Positions 39,521-53,020 are shown, numbered from the stretch's first letter. The stretch is DNA of 64,000 bases from Hemiscyllium ocellatum (GCF_020745735.1 NC_083403.1:60483003-60547002); one strand, 5' to 3'. Notes: a model not told the origin generated them from the sequence alone. A program made the numbers and translations.

Positions 39521-42500
39521 GCCACCAGTGAGTTGTTTAATTATGCATGAGCATTCACAACTGACTTTAACCTGGCATCAAAATTGGGACCTTGGAATTA
39601 TAATTCCGCCCCCACATTACTTTGGCATGTTCTCTGTCTGTCAGAGAAGATTAAAGTTATTGCACCAGAAATTTTTGGCATGAGGTCATTGGCACCTTTA
39701 TGTGGATGAGTGCTGAAGACATTTGGTTTCTGGCAGGGTTGTCTTTTGCTCACTTTGAACTTTCACTAGAGTTTCCATCAGAGAGGAAATATGGGAATGA
39801 GATGAGGTCACCTATCATAATTCCCATTAGTTCAGATTCCAGCTCCCCTCATGGTAAGTGAACCTCATTATAATTCAGCAGTATCAGGTTCACCAGCATT
39901 ATGTACAAGTAGAATTGTAGTTCTGATCAGTGTTTCTGAAACACAAAATCCAAGTTTTCTCACCTTCTAAATAAATAAGTGTGATTATTAAATTGGAATA
40001 TGTTTCCCCTTATGAAGCAGTGGGGTATTGTTTGGAAATACCTTCTTGTTACTGGAGGTTTTAAGAGGTACAGTGTAAGCCATGGGTACCTGTTCTTTTT
40101 ATGCTTTTGGATACAATTCTGGGGTTTTGAATGGATTTAAGGTTGGAGACAATTGGTGGACAGAATCCTTACCTTGTTACACTTTGGGAGCAGAGCAAAA
40201 GCCACAAATCTCAAAGCTGTGATTATTACTGCGTATATATTGAGGACAAATAACTAATCGTGCATTTCAATTCATAGAGTGTAAATGTACTTGTGAAAGC
40301 CACCAGTTGCACTGGACAGATGATTAAGCAGCTTGAGAGTGACCAATTCACGAATTATCTTCCTAAATTTGTTGCCTCTTTAAGTGCTTTGCTTGCCAGT
40401 CCTTACGTCTCTCTGTGTGGTCTGGTATCAAATTTTGTTTGTGAATAATCCTGTGAAATGACTTCCACTGTTTCACAGTGTTAAAGGTGCTATATAATAC
40501 AAGATTTTGTTATTGTTCCTCAGTTGCATTTGGTACAGTGAAAATCACTGAGGATCTATTCTCAGCCCATAATACAGAAAGTTTACAGAAAGAACTTTGC
40601 TCACCACTTCTTTTTGAGAATACTTTACATTTTGCAAATCCTCTGATGAAAAATGTTTTCATATAAATTTATTATTGCATAACAAGTGTTTTGCTGATTG
40701 AGTAGCCATAAGGTTCCATTACATGGTCAAATACAATAATAGCGGGTAAAGGATTACAAAGGCTGTGGGGTCTTTGCAAAAAGTTGAAAGCACTGTGCAT
40801 TACAGTAATAAGGAAAGTATTTCAAACTACTTAGTGACTTGATTTGGATGTGCTCATTACATGTAACAATTCAACTACACAAGTCACTCAGCTTGTAGCC
40901 GCACTGCCAAGGCTTTGGTAACTGTTATAAACAGATGCTTCGACTTATTCAGTTACAGGCACACGACCAGTCGGCACCAACCAGTCTTGAAGTTTTTTTC
41001 TAGATGTTTATGAAAACTGAGATGTATTTTTTAGAAATTGAATGAAATCAAGGTACTCCTGCGGGCTAGAACAGAACACAGTCAGCAGAGGCGGGCGGCA
41101 ATGCAGCAGGGGTTTGACAGGAGCCTCTAAATCATGGTTTGCTGCAAAGTATAATGTACTTACAACATGGCCTGAGGGCCACGTGCAGCTCATTTCCTCC
41201 TTACCTGTGGTTCTTGGTTGAAGTGTTGCTCCATGAATCTCTTGGCTTCACTTCACAGCTTTTGCAGCTCTGCGATGTTTTCCCAAAGTAGAATTCAAGA
41301 TGGAAGAACAAAAAAACCCAGAAAGAGTCATCTTTTTTAACTTGAGAAACAATTGACAGATGTAATTGATTTTTGAGACGTCTACTGATGAGGATGCCCA
41401 AAAACAACTTTTATTGTGATCCTTACCGAAAAGTGAATGTTCTCAAAATTATATAAAGATTGTGGAAACAAATTTCAAATTCTTAACAGTACAATCAAAA
41501 ATGTAATTAGCTCACAATGGGAATTGGAGCGCTCAATTGGGAAATTGTCTTAATCTTATAATTTAGATAATACTGCAAAAGGACAGGGGTTGAAGAAGAT
41601 CATCTGAACCTAAAATTTAATTATAACCATTTGCTTATTCTTTTCATTTTAATGTAAAATATTACATTTAAACACTTCAGTGCAGTCTGAAGTTGTGAAA
41701 AACTCAATTTAAGTTCAAGATCGATAAAATCTGTGTATGTCTTTGCCTAGGGTCAAATCTTCCATTATAAATTTGTATCATTACAATAGAAAGTGCCTAT
41801 TAATTTGCCTTCTGGCGTAAAACCCTTCTATTTTTAGCATTTACTGTTGTACCTATCTTTCGGCTCCTTTGAAGCTAGTTGCTGCACCGATGCCGCCTCT
41901 TCACAAACCTGAGCTGGGGAGGTAGGGTGGGAATCCATTTAAAGACACACTGCCCTGAAACTGTCATAACCCTCATCTGAACCCACTCCATCTACTATCC
42001 TCAAGTTCTGTTGACCTGCTCCTCATTCCTGATACATGAGTGAAAGAACGAAGGAAGAAAAGATTAAAAAGGAAAACAGGCATCAAAAAAATTGAGAGGG
42101 AAGGGAACAGAGAAAGAAACAAGGGGAACTTCGCAAGACAGAGCAAAAAAAGGCAATCAACAGGAAAGAACAGATAGAGGTGGAGAGAATCAGAAGTGAA
42201 AGGTGGATTGAACCAGCAACATGTAGATACGATGTTGCTGAGGCAGTCTGATGATAAGCAGTACCATGGGGCAATGAGCTGGCATACATGAAATAAAAAT
42301 ATTTACCATTATAAGCCCAGCTACTAGTTTTTGATTGAAGGTTGTGAGCAGTTCATGTGATGTCAGTGCGGAATAAAAAATTTGCCATATTATGAACAGG
42401 AGCAAGAGAATAATTCTGCAACTTTATAGCAGTATTATAGACTTTAAATGTTATAAGTATAATAAGAGATTCAGGATGCTTAGGTATACATTAGATAAGT

Positions 42501-42762
42501 AAGGAATGTGACAGACTAATCCTTTTGAACTGAAGCTGAGATTATTTTAAAAATGCTGATTTTGAATGCTGGATAAAGCGGTATTAAATGGTACGTGCCT
42601 TTGAATTTTTAAAAATGTTATGAATAGGTCAGAATCTAAGGAAAAGAAAAACAGGGACATGACCCAACAAGATGATGTTCTAATTATTTCATTGAGGCCA
42701 GCAAGGTGAGGAGGATAGGGAAGGATGGTGTGTGATTTGAGAAGAACAATGGGACATTTATG

Positions 42763-43300
42763 GGAGAAAGTGAGGACTGCAGATGCTGGAGATCAGAGCT
42801 GAAAATGTGTTGCTGGAAGAGCTCAGCAGGTCAGGCAGCATCCAAGGAGCAGGAGAATCGACGTTTCGGGCATGAGCCCTTCTTCAGGGAAGTGTGCCAA
42901 GCAGGCTAAGATAAAAGGTAGGGTGGAGGGACTTGGGGGAGGGGCGTTGGAAATGCGATAGGTGGAAGGAGGTTAAGGTGAGGGTGATAGGCCGGAGTGG
43001 GGGTGGGGGCGGAGAGGTCAGGAAGAAGATTGCAGCTTAGGAAGATGGTGCTGAGGTCGAGGGTTGGGACTGGGACAAGGTGAGGGTAGGGGAAATGAGG
43101 AAACTGGAGAAGTCTGAGTTCATCCCTTGTGGTTGGAGGGTTCCTAGGCAGAAGATGAGGCGCTCTTCTGTGTCAAGGTCCTGTCCCCCTTAGTCCAAGA
43201 ACTCCCCACCTCCATTCGGGACACCACCCACGCCCTCCACCTCCTCCATGATTTTCGCTTCCCCGGACCTGCTGCGCTTTTCCAGCGACACATTTTCAGC
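42763..43300 (-). mobile_element. Composite PLE insertion: minus pseudo-LTR/GIY end + plus RT piece + plus tail piece
   Basis: 14-bp TSD atggga(c/t)atttatg at 42749-42762 and 43301-43314; 43178-43266 encodes VLSPLVQELPTSIRDTTHALHLLHDFRFP on +. Confidence 0.9.
42856..42890 (-). ncRNA. Minimal hammerhead, intact core, weak stem I
   Basis: CTGAAGA-a-gggc-tcat-gccc-GAAA-C-GTC. Confidence 0.75.
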
Positions 43301-44601
43301 ATGGGATATTTATGTCAAGCACTAAGTCTGTCACAGTCCTTCCATAGTGGATGGCAAAGTTTGGGCAAGATGCCCCAAATTTGATAAGCTGTGCTTCCTG
43401 AGACTATCTGCTCCTGCTGAGAGTGCCAGACTACAGAATCATTCCTTGCCTAACTGCGACCATTGGACTTATTTTTTTAGAAATTCCCCTTTTAAGCTTT
43501 TCCTTTTTTGCTTCCACTTTCAAAAAATATCCCAACGAGTGTTTGGGGTGGTTTCACCTCCCCTGTAGTATCTCATGGTGGCCTTCTCACTGCGATTGTT
43601 AGCAGACTATCAGAGTCAAGCCCCATCCTGTTTACATTCAAAAAATCACTCTCTACTTGTTCTTGACATAACAACACCTTACATTGATGTAGCATCTTAA
43701 ACATAATAAAATGCTCCACTATACTTCACAAGGGTGCTACCAAGTGCAATTTAAAGTGAGGGATATTGAAATCACTTGTTCAAACTTTTACTGCCTTCCA
43801 ACTGACATTACCAACACTGGCAATTAAACCATGATTCCTTCATGATCTGATGCCAATGAATGTGGGTGAAACCTCACAAGTTTACTCCTGGCTGTCCTCA
43901 TAATATCAACAGGTGACCCACAAAAACTTTGTGAAAATGTTCTAAACTCTGCCTTTTTTCTCGGGAATGTCTGAAACTCTCGCATTAATGTCACAGCAAG
44001 TGAGCAAGGGAGGATGAAGATTGTTTGGCCTTGGTAAGTTCAGGTCAGTGATAGGTTTGTTGTCTAGGGAACGTCTGTTGCTCAGTGCTGCATGAGTGGA
44101 AATGAAGATAGATGTTGGAGTTTAAATACTAAATGTGTTCTGTTATGGTTGAGGCTCTCATTTTCATGCAAAAAGGAATGGAATCCTGCATTGCAATTCC
44201 CAAAACACCAACCACTGTGCAGCTTCATTGCAAATTATATTTCATGGATAACAATTAATGCACTGAATAATGGAGTTCACAACAACATATTATTTGTTGA
44301 CTGTATGAACATATAATACAAAATGAATTTATTTCATTCCATTGTGTAATAGAGTACTATTTTGAAAACACAAAGTACAAAAGCTAAGTAAATGTCTTTG
44401 TGATCACTGCGCCTGTTCAGTTAATACTTGAAGAAATAATTCGCAATGCTTTCATTGTGTTTATAATTAACAGATTGTCAATCAAGCATTAGAAAGAGAA
44501 TTAATGAGAAGTACAATGCTATACTAAGTAACTTATGGATTATTTGCAGAAATGAGTGAGGGAAATTGCTGTTTAAGAGATTACTATACATTGTAAGGTG
44601 G

Positions 44602-45050
44602 TAAGACCATAAGACCATAAGAGACAAGAACAGGAGTAGACCTTTCTGCCCCTTAAGCCTGTTCTGCCATTCAATAGGATCATGACTAAACTGATACTCC
44701 TCATGTCAACTTTCCGGCCTTTCCCCATGACCCTACTGTTTAAGAATCTGTCTATCTCAGCATTAAATATACACAAACATTCTGCTCCACACTGGAACTC
44801 CTGACAAGGAGTTCCAAAGACTTATGACCCTCTGAGATAAGAAATTCTTTCTCATCTCAGGGTTAAATTGGTGCCCCTAATTGTGCAACTGTGCTGTCTG
44901 GCCCTTGACTGTCATATGAGGAAATATACTCTCCGCATTTACCCTGTCCAGCCCCTCATGAATACTAGCTACTTCAATGAGATCATCACTCATTCTTCAG
45001 AATTCCAATGAGTAGAGACCCAACCTGTTTAACCTTTGCTAATAAGGCAT
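44602..45050 (-). mobile_element. CR1 3' end
   Basis: (taagacca)n tail, caggagtagacc, aaattctttctcatctcag. Confidence 0.8.
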
Positions 45051-46139
45051 GGTGTTTGGGTGCAATGAGAGTGCTCTTTTAAAATTAGGTTAAAGTCATT
45101 ATGGGGCCATTTGTACCTGTACTGTAATAGATCTGATCTAAAAATGTTATGTCAGTAAGCTGCTGAAGGGTATATTAATTAGAATCCTAACATTCATTTG
45201 ATAGGCTTTTAGTGGAAAAAATTCTACGAGAACCAGATAAAACTATGCCATTTTAGTGCGCATAATTCAACGAGGAAATTGATTTATAACATTGTATTTG
45301 CTTAAGTCTCCCACAACAGTAAATTACTCATAACTTGGTATCAGTGAATTATTAGATCATCCCCCCTTGTAAGGTAATGGTTATATTCCACAGCTGTTCA
45401 TTACCAATCTGGTAATCTATTACTTGTTTTTAGTGTTATGTTCTTAAATGCTTCATGCAATCATTGGGCTGGCTTTTTACAGCTGTACTTCTTTAAAGTT
45501 ATTCAGTGTTTTGCTCTAAAAGTCGTGATGGAGAAAGAGTTGCAATTTATTTCCATTTTGAGGATAACTAGGGAAAGAGTGTCAAGTGGTTTTTAATGTG
45601 CTTATTTCATCCCTGAAAGTCCTGCCATTCCACCCCTTTTACATACAATGCTGTGACTGGAAGAGGAAGGAGTTGGATAACTCTAAAATATTACAACAAT
45701 ATCATTTTGCCATAAGTCACCCATTTCATTGAGAAAATGTTGAACAAAGTCTTAAACAAACAGACTCTGAATTCCCTGTCAGTTGGTGTATACTGTACTA
45801 TAAGCTAGTGGTGAGACCAGAAAAGCTGTGTGCCAGCACTTGTTGTGAAAAGGTATAAAATACTATCCTGTCACTGCGTTACCCATCTCATTAGAGTGAA
45901 ACAACAGACAACATTTAATTCAGACAATTATGTGGATAAGTTTAAAATACTTTTCTTAACTCTACCTAAGGCTTATTGTCATATACTTGTCAATCTCAGA
46001 GGAACATAGTTGGGAGGGGAAGAAAGGAAGTGAAGAAATCAGAAAGCTTAGAAGGGAATAGGTCAAGGAAAAGAAGGTGCTTTGGAGATGGGTTGAGAAG
46101 CAGCGAAAAGGAAAGGAAAAGCAAGGCAGGGCAGAGAGT

Positions 46140-46475
46140 AAAAGATCATAGAATCCCTACAGGCTATTTGGTCCATCAAGCCACCATGACTCTCCAAAGA
46201 GCATCTGCCCCCACTATTTGTCTCTGTCATTTAGCATTTCCCATGGCTAATCCACCTAGCCTGCAAATCCCTGGACACTATTAGCAATTTAGCTTGGTCA
46301 ATGTACCTAATCTGCACATCTTTGGACTGTGGGAAGAAACCAGAACACTTGGAGGAAATCCACACAGACACAAGGAGAACGTGCAAACTCCACACAGACA
46401 GTACCAAATAGTAGGATTGAACCCATGTCCCGGACACTGTAAGGCATCAGTGTTAACCACTGAGCTACCGTGCCT
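46140..46475 (-). mobile_element. V-SINE (HE1-type)
   Basis: ctgcacatctttggactgtggg..gtgcaaactccacacagacag. Confidence 0.85.
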
Positions 46476-48428
46476 ACCTGGAGAGGGTGAGAGAGATTAA
46501 ATGGGAGATTGAATCCTCTGTTCAGCTCACTGCTCTGTCCTAGATCTGTCTTGCACCTATTTTCACCAATATTTTCACCCTTCACTCCATCTCCAAGGTT
46601 AGATCAATGAACCCTGGTTCTGTGGGAGCCTGATTTCACCTACTCTTGCTGCTTCTTTTGTTCCAAGCTGTAAAGGAAAACAAAGGTCTCACAAGCTGTT
46701 TATTTTATTGGCTTGGAAGAGGCAGCTTAACACCTGTGGCTCAAAACGTCTCTTCAGAGAAAAAAAAGCAGGACCAAATACTCCTCTTTAAGCCATAATA
46801 TTTTCACAATTAGCATCCTCAGGATTGCTCAGCAAATCCCACCTTACCGCAGAATTACAGTTAACAGTAAATATTTTGCTTTGAGTTTTGCAAGTACCAG
46901 CTGGTTGATACAGTCTGTACTCTGCCCGTTATGAACAATGTCATGTATGAATCCCAATGTCAGGTTTGTAGGCCATATATCTAAATGACTGACTGATCTA
47001 AAACCATGCTCCTTCAGCTATTACTAAAAAGTATAATGGTATTGTAGTAAATAAAAACTGCTTCCACAGGCAGGAAGGTCAATCATCACAGGACACAGTT
47101 TTAAGGTAGTGACCAAAGAACCAGAGAGGAGCTGAGAGAAATGACTGGACTCAGTGACTTGTTGTGACCTGGAATGCATTGCCTGGATGTGTGGCAGCAG
47201 CAGATGCAATAGTAACTTTCAAAAGGAAATTCAATATGTAATGGGAAAGGAAAACAAATGGAGTGGTTCACGAGTGGAATTAATTGGATAAATATTTTAA
47301 AGAACTAACACAAACACAATGGGTCAAATAATCTCCTTTCATTCTGTGCAATTCCAAAATTACAACTTGTTGTCATTTTCAATTTAAATGAATGACCTTC
47401 ATGTATATTTTTGCTCTAAAGTAGTTTAAAATGCAACCTACTTTTTCTCACACAGTAATTCACACATAGCGATCTTGCTGTCAATTTGTTCAGATTCCTA
47501 CAGAAAATAATTAGTGCAATAAGCATTGAATAGGCAACAGCTTTGTCGGCCTCTTGCACTCCTGTGGTTTTCAATGGGAGGTCACAGCTGGGTGTTTTGT
47601 AAATAAGCATTTTAATTTGCAGCTGATGCAGAGCAATCAAGATTGGAATAGTATGATTGGCATGAGGTGACCATGGACAGCTGAGTATTGCAGAATTGCC
47701 ATTTAATTTGTTGCTTTTGGAGGGCCACTGATAGTTTCTTTAAGCTAAAGGACGAAGATCATATCATTGACAGAATTTGGGATATTCTTTGATATTATTG
47801 CCATCCTCAGGGAGTATAAGATTGCCAACCATTCTCTCACCAATATATTGTTCTTCTGACATTGTTCATGGAGCACGACCTTTTCAGAATTAATTCATGA
47901 GATGTGGCAGTCACTGGCTGGGCCAGTATTTCTTGCCCATCCCAAATAGCTCTTGAAAAGATATTGGTGAGCTGCCTTCTTGAAATGCCATAGAAAGATG
48001 CACTGTGCTGTTTCGGAAGGATTTTTTGGATTTTGACCTCATGACACTGAAGAAATGGTGACATATTTCCCAGTCAGGATGCTGCATGTTTTCCGACAAC
48101 GCTCACTTCTCTCTGTCTAGTGATTGCCTCAATTCCACATTATTTCCTATCTTCTTGGACATGCTGTCTTAGAATGTTTTCAATCTTCCCACCTCCCTAT
48201 TGGGCTTTAAAAGTATTCTCAAATCACAACTTTTTAAACCAGGCTTTTCATCACCTAGTTGACTCTTCTCCAAAGGCTGAACAAGCTCACCCTAATGCTC
48301 ACCACTTTTCTCCTCTGTGAGCTCACTTAGGGTATTACACTAGCCGCACGTGGCTCAGTCATTAGCACTGCTGCAAATGTGTTGCTGGTCAAAGCACAGC
48401 AGGCCAGGCAGCATCTCAGGAATAGAGA

Positions 48429-48464
48429 ATTCGACGTTTCGAGCATAAGCCCTTCATCAGGAAT
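48429..48464 (-). ncRNA. Minimal type I hammerhead ribozyme, intact
   Basis: attc-CTGATGA-a-gggc-ttat-gctc-GAAA-C-GTC-gaat. Confidence 0.9.
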
Positions 48465-48597
48465 AAGAGAGAGAGAGCCAAGCAGGCTAAGTTAAAAGGT
48501 AGGGAGGAGGGACTAGGGGGAGGGGCGATGGAGGTGGGATAGGTGGAAGGAGGTCAAGGTGAGGGTGATAGGCCGGAGTGGGGTGGGGGCGGAGAGG

Positions 48598-49842
48598 TCA
48601 GGAAGAGGATTGCAGGTTAGGAGGGCGGTGCTGAGTTGAGGGAACCGACTGAGACAAGGTGGGGGGAGGGGAAATGAGGAAACTGGAGAAATCTGAATTC
48701 ATACCTTGTGGTTGGAGGGTTCCCAGGCGGAAGATGAGGCGCTCCTCCTCCAGCCGTCGTGTAGTTGTGTTCTGCCGGTGGAGGAGTCCAAGGACCTGCA
48801 TGTCCTCGGTGGAGTGGGAGGGAGAGTTAAAGTGTTGAGCCACGGGGTGATTGGGTTGGTTGGTTCGGGCGGCCCGGAGGTGTTCTCTGAAGTGTTCCGC
48901 AAGTAAGCGGCCTGTCTCACCAATATAGAGGAGGCCACATCGGGTGCAGCGGATGCAATAGATGATGTGTGTGGAGGTACAGGTGAACTTGTGGCGGATA
49001 TGGAAGGATCCCTTGGGGCCTTGGAGGGAAGTGAGTGTGGAGGTGTGGGCGCAAGTTTTACATTTCCTGCGGTTGCAGGGGAAGGTGCCGGGGGTGGAGG
49101 TTGGGTTGGTGGGGGGTGTGGATCTGACGAGGGAGTCACGAAGGGAGTGGTCCTTGCGGAACGCTGATAGGGGAGGGGAGGGAAATATATCCTTGGTGGT
49201 GGGGTCCGTTTGGAGGTGGCGGAAATGGCGGCGGATGATACGTTGTATGCGGAGGTTGGTAGGGTGGTAGGTGAGAACCAGTGGGGTTCTGTCTTGGTGG
49301 CGGTTGGAGGAGCGGGGCTCAAGGGCGGAGGAGCGGGAAGTGGAGGAGATGCGGTGGAGGGCATCGTCGATCACGTCTGGGGGGAATCTGCGGTCCTTGA
49401 AGAAGGAGGCCATCTGGGCTGTGCGGTGTTGGAATTGGTCCTCCTGGGAGCAGATGCGGCGGAGACGAAGGAATTGGGAATATGGGATGGCATTTTTACA
49501 GGGGGCAGGGTGGGAGGAGGTGTAGTCCAGGTAGCTGTGGGAGTCAGTCGGTTTATAATAGATGTCTGTGTTGAGTCGGTCGCCCGAGATAGAAATGGAA
49601 AGGTCTAGGAAGGGGAGGGAGGAGTCTGAGACAATCCAGGTGAATTTCAGGTCGGGATGGAAGGTGTTAGTAAAGTTGATGAACTGTTCAACCTCCTCAT
49701 GGGAGCACGAGGCAGCGCCGATACAGTCATCGATGTAGCGGAGGAAAAGGTGGGGGGTGGTGCCAGTGTAGTTGCGGAAGATGGACTGTTCCACATATCC
49801 TACGAAGAGGCAGGCATAGCTGGGGCCCATGCGGGTGCCCAT
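48598..49842 (-). CDS. PLE RT (C-terminal half) + GIY-YIG endonuclease, 414 aa open remnant of a truncated ORF
   Basis: MGTRMGPSYA, RYIDD, PFLDL, YYKPTD, CxxxxCxxC, IIYCIRC..YIGETGR, HPVAQHF, IFRLGTLQPQGMN; upstream part frameshifted near 49975, so probably not a functional gene. Confidence 0.85.
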   Translation of the reverse strand: MGTRMGPSYACLFVGYVEQSIFRNYTGTTPHLFLRYIDDCIGAASCSHEEVEQFINFTNTFHPDLKFTWIVSDSSLPFLDLSISISGDRLNTDIYYKPTDSHSYLDYTSSHPAPCKNAIPYSQFLRLRRICSQEDQFQHRTAQMASFFKDRRFPPDVIDDALHRISSTSRSSALEPRSSNRHQDRTPLVLTYHPTNLRIQRIIRRHFRHLQTDPTTKDIFPSPPLSAFRKDHSLRDSLVRSTPPTNPTSTPGTFPCNRRKCKTCAHTSTLTSLQGPKGSFHIRHKFTCTSTHIIYCIRCTRCGLLYIGETGRLLAEHFREHLRAARTNQPNHPVAQHFNSPSHSTEDMQVLGLLHRQNTTTRRLEEERLIFRLGTLQPQGMNSDFSSFLISPPPTLSQSVPSTQHRPPNLQSSS

Positions 49843-50365
49843 GGCAACTCCTTTAGTTTGGAGGAAGTGGGAGGATTGAAAAGAGAAGTTATTCAGGGTG
49901 AGGACCAGTTCAGTCAGTCGAAGGAGGGTGTCAGTGGAAGGGTACTGGTTGGTGCGGCGGGAAAGGAAGAAGCGGAGTCCTTCGTGATGGGGATGGAGGT
50001 GTACAGGGACTGGATGTCCATAGTGAAAATAAGGCGTTGGGGACCGGGGAAGCGAAAATCCTGGAGGAGGTGGAGGGCGTGGGTGGTGTCCCGAACGTAG
50101 GTGGGGAGTTCTTGGACTAAAGGGGACAGGACCGTGTCGAGGTATTGGGAGATGAGTTCGGTGGGGCAGGAGCAGGCTGAGACAATGGGTCGGCCGGGGC
50201 AGGCAGGTTTGTGGATTTTGGGCAGGAGGTAGAAACGGGCTGTGCGGGGTTGTGGGACTATGAGGTTGGAGGCGGTGGATGGGAGATCCCCTGAGGTGAT
50301 GAGGTCCTGGATGGTCTGGGAGATGATGGTTTGGTGGTGGGAGGTGGGGTCGTGGTCAAGGGGGC

Positions 50366-50443
50366 GATAAGAGGAGGCGTCCGCGAGCTGGCATTTGATA
50401 AGAGGAGGCGTCCGCGAGCTGGCGTTTGATAAGAGGAGGCGTC
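50366..50443. repeat. 31-bp tandem repeat x2.5 at PLE 5' junction
   Basis: gataagaggaggcgtccgcgagctggc(a/g)ttt starts at 50366, 50397 and (partial) 50428. Confidence 0.95.
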
Positions 50444-50869
50444 CTCAGTCATTAGCACTGCGGCCTCACAGCGCCAGGATCCCAGGTTTGATTCCAGCCT
50501 TGGGTGACTGTCTGTATGGAGTTTGCACATTGTCACTGTGTCTGCATGGCTTTCCTCTGGGTGCTCTGATTTCCTTCCACAATCCAAAGATGTGCAAGTC
50601 AGGTGAATTGGCCATGCTAAATTGCCCATAGTGTTAGGTGCATTAGTCAGAGGAAATGTGTCTGAGTGGGTTTCTCTTCAGAGGGTTGGTGAGGACTGGT
50701 TGGGCCGAAGGGCCTGTTTCCACACTGTAGGCAATCTAAAGGTATTATTATTACATCCTGTTAGAATATTACATTGGCAGCTTCAATTAAATTGATCGTG
50801 GCCAGTTTGGTTGAATATGGTCCAATTTGTCATAATTCTTCATAGGATCAGCCCAGATGTAAAGCAAAC

Positions 50870-51400
50870 CTTACCATCAGGTTATAATTGGACCATTCAA
50901 CTGTGCAAAGCATTAGTGCTGAACCACATCATGTCTTCACCAGGATCCACACATATCTTTGCCTTCAGGCGATAGGGCAATATATTCAGTTTGGAATCCA
51001 GTGTCCACATATTCGCTCGGCATGTACAATGCACCACCCTCCATGTTAGTTAGCATTGTGTAGTGTTTTGGTTCTAGACAGTTAATGATGAAGTTGTGTT
51101 AAGCTCCACCCCATCTGATGATATCACCTAAATGGAGAAGAAGCAGTCCAGTATGAAGTCCTGATGGAGACAGGCTTGTCAACACTGGTCCTTGAGAGTC
51201 TTTGTGACCATTCCTAACTTGTAGCTATTGCTGGCATACAATAATGTACATATTGAGATAAGACTCATGGTTCTACTCAATGAGAACTGAATACTGGTTA
51301 TCCTTCAGCATTGCCAATTCTATAGGTCTTTAGGTGCAACATAGAGAGGAGGACTGTTGGCAGTACTCTACCTCAACTATAAGCCATGTTACTTTGGAAC
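50870..51400 (-). mobile_element. Decayed RTE LINE 3' region
   Basis: Minus strand VHAERICGHWIPN..IY..A resembles the RTE C-terminal GHVxRM..IPK.L.G motif. Confidence 0.4.
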
Positions 51401-52699
51401 AGCAAAGTACTGCATGGTACCAGAGATGAGCTCATTATGTAATTACCTCAAAATAATAGAGATGGGAAAAAAAGTCCGATCAATAAAGGAGGAAAAGCAT
51501 TCCAGAAGTAACATGAGTTTACCATTTTATGAACATTCCTGCTTTAAGTGGACATAGTCATTCCAACATCTGAAAGCACATAGAAAGAGAAACAGTGAGC
51601 AGCACACCTCTGAGCTAGTAAGAGGTACAAGACAAACTGTTTGCATGAGAGTGAAAATGAGTCACCAAACTGGGAATTGATACATTCCTGACAAAAATAG
51701 GATCTGTGGAAATACTTCCAAGCTCTTTGAGTAAAATTAGAAATGGCAAAAAGATTTCTTTAAAATAACGCAAAAGACCAGGCTGGGGAGGTTAGAAAGT
51801 GAAGGCATGCCCTTTAAAATGAATATCACCGTCAACATACAGTACCTGATCAAGAAGGACCCTTGAGCCTATAGCGAGGCCACCATATTTTACTGTGTGG
51901 TGTGTCCAAGTGATGTCCACTACCCCAACTGCTGGTGAAATATAAGTGATGGTGGCAAGAGACTCTTAGGGTAGATGCTAGTTGATCATTGAAGGTTCGC
52001 AGTTGCCCTCAGGTATGGAATACCATCCTCCCCCTTTCCTTATGACTGAGAGAATTCTAGGATATCTGAAAGCTGACCATCATCCTGGTCACTGATTTCC
52101 CTCTCAATTCTATTCCTCCCTTCAAACACAATTTCAAGGTTCGATTACATTCTGCATTTTGTGTACAATGTAGGTATTGTGACACAAATACTGAGTGGGT
52201 TTGATATTGCAGAAAGGTTCTCATGAGTTATGATTGTGAGCCCAGCTTTGTAATAAAAATGAGATCCTGCCCTTGCCAATGACCCCCCTCTCCTACCTGT
52301 TTGTCCAGGGGCTCCTCTGAGGGGTCACTTAGCTTCCCACTGTTCCTGGTCTTCAGTCCTGCTGTGTAGCCAGCAGTCTTGCCTTCCAAAATGGCACACT
52401 AGCCAAGTAATTTATCAAGAAGTCTACCAGATGACCGCTTAAGTGCCTGATTAACACTAGATTTCCTCATCATCAGTGCTGAGGGGATGGTATGCTCATA
52501 GTGATGCCCACCCCACACTTCAACTAGAAAATGGAAAATCCCATCCTCAGTGTAAGTGTCTCTGTTTTGACCCATTTCTGCATTACGTTCTTGCTATTTC
52601 ATGCAAATTGTAATTTTCACTTCTGTTTCCTTTTGGTGTTAGTTTACTCAACCAATATTGAGGTGAGTTTTAGGAATTTGTTGTCTGAAGGCCAGCAAT

Positions 52700-53020
52700 G
52701 ATTCTTACAAATTCATTCTCCTTCGACAGTAGCTTCCAAACTGGTGGTTGCTACCTTTTACAAGGATAAGGATAGTCGGTATTGGGGAACACCACCACCT
52801 ATACATTCCATTGCTGGCCACATGCCATATTGACTTAGAACTATACCACTGTTCCTTCACTGTTGCTGGACACAGTTGGAACTTCATCTCTAAGAGATGT
52901 ACCTGCTGTGGACTACTGTGATTCAAGAAGGTAGCTTACCACTATATTCTTAGGAGCATTTATGAATGGGCAATAAGTTTCCCCCACAGTCAGCCATGCG
53001 CACATCCCATGAACAAAGAG
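52700..53020 (+). mobile_element. CR1/L2-type LINE 3' tail
   Basis: gggaacaccaccacct..ttccttcactgttgctgg..atgggcaataa..cacatcccatgaa. Confidence 0.75.

Larger units (their letters stand above)
48370..50443 (-). mobile_element. Young 5'-truncated PLE
   Basis: 18-bp TSD ctcagtcattagcactgc at 48354-48371 and 50444-50461; CpG-rich; long open frame; intact hammerhead. Confidence 0.96.
48343..50740 (+). mobile_element. V-SINE split by a PLE (48343-48371 and 50444-50740)
   Basis: Head gcacgtggctcagtcattagcactgc resumes at 50444; ggtatta flanks at 48331 and 50741 may be its TSD. Confidence 0.88.

Noticed and set aside
41205-41270. Possible minus-strand exon ending in a strong cag|gtaagg donor
   Set aside because: No recognisable protein and no partner exon; could be non-coding but cannot be supported without RNA data
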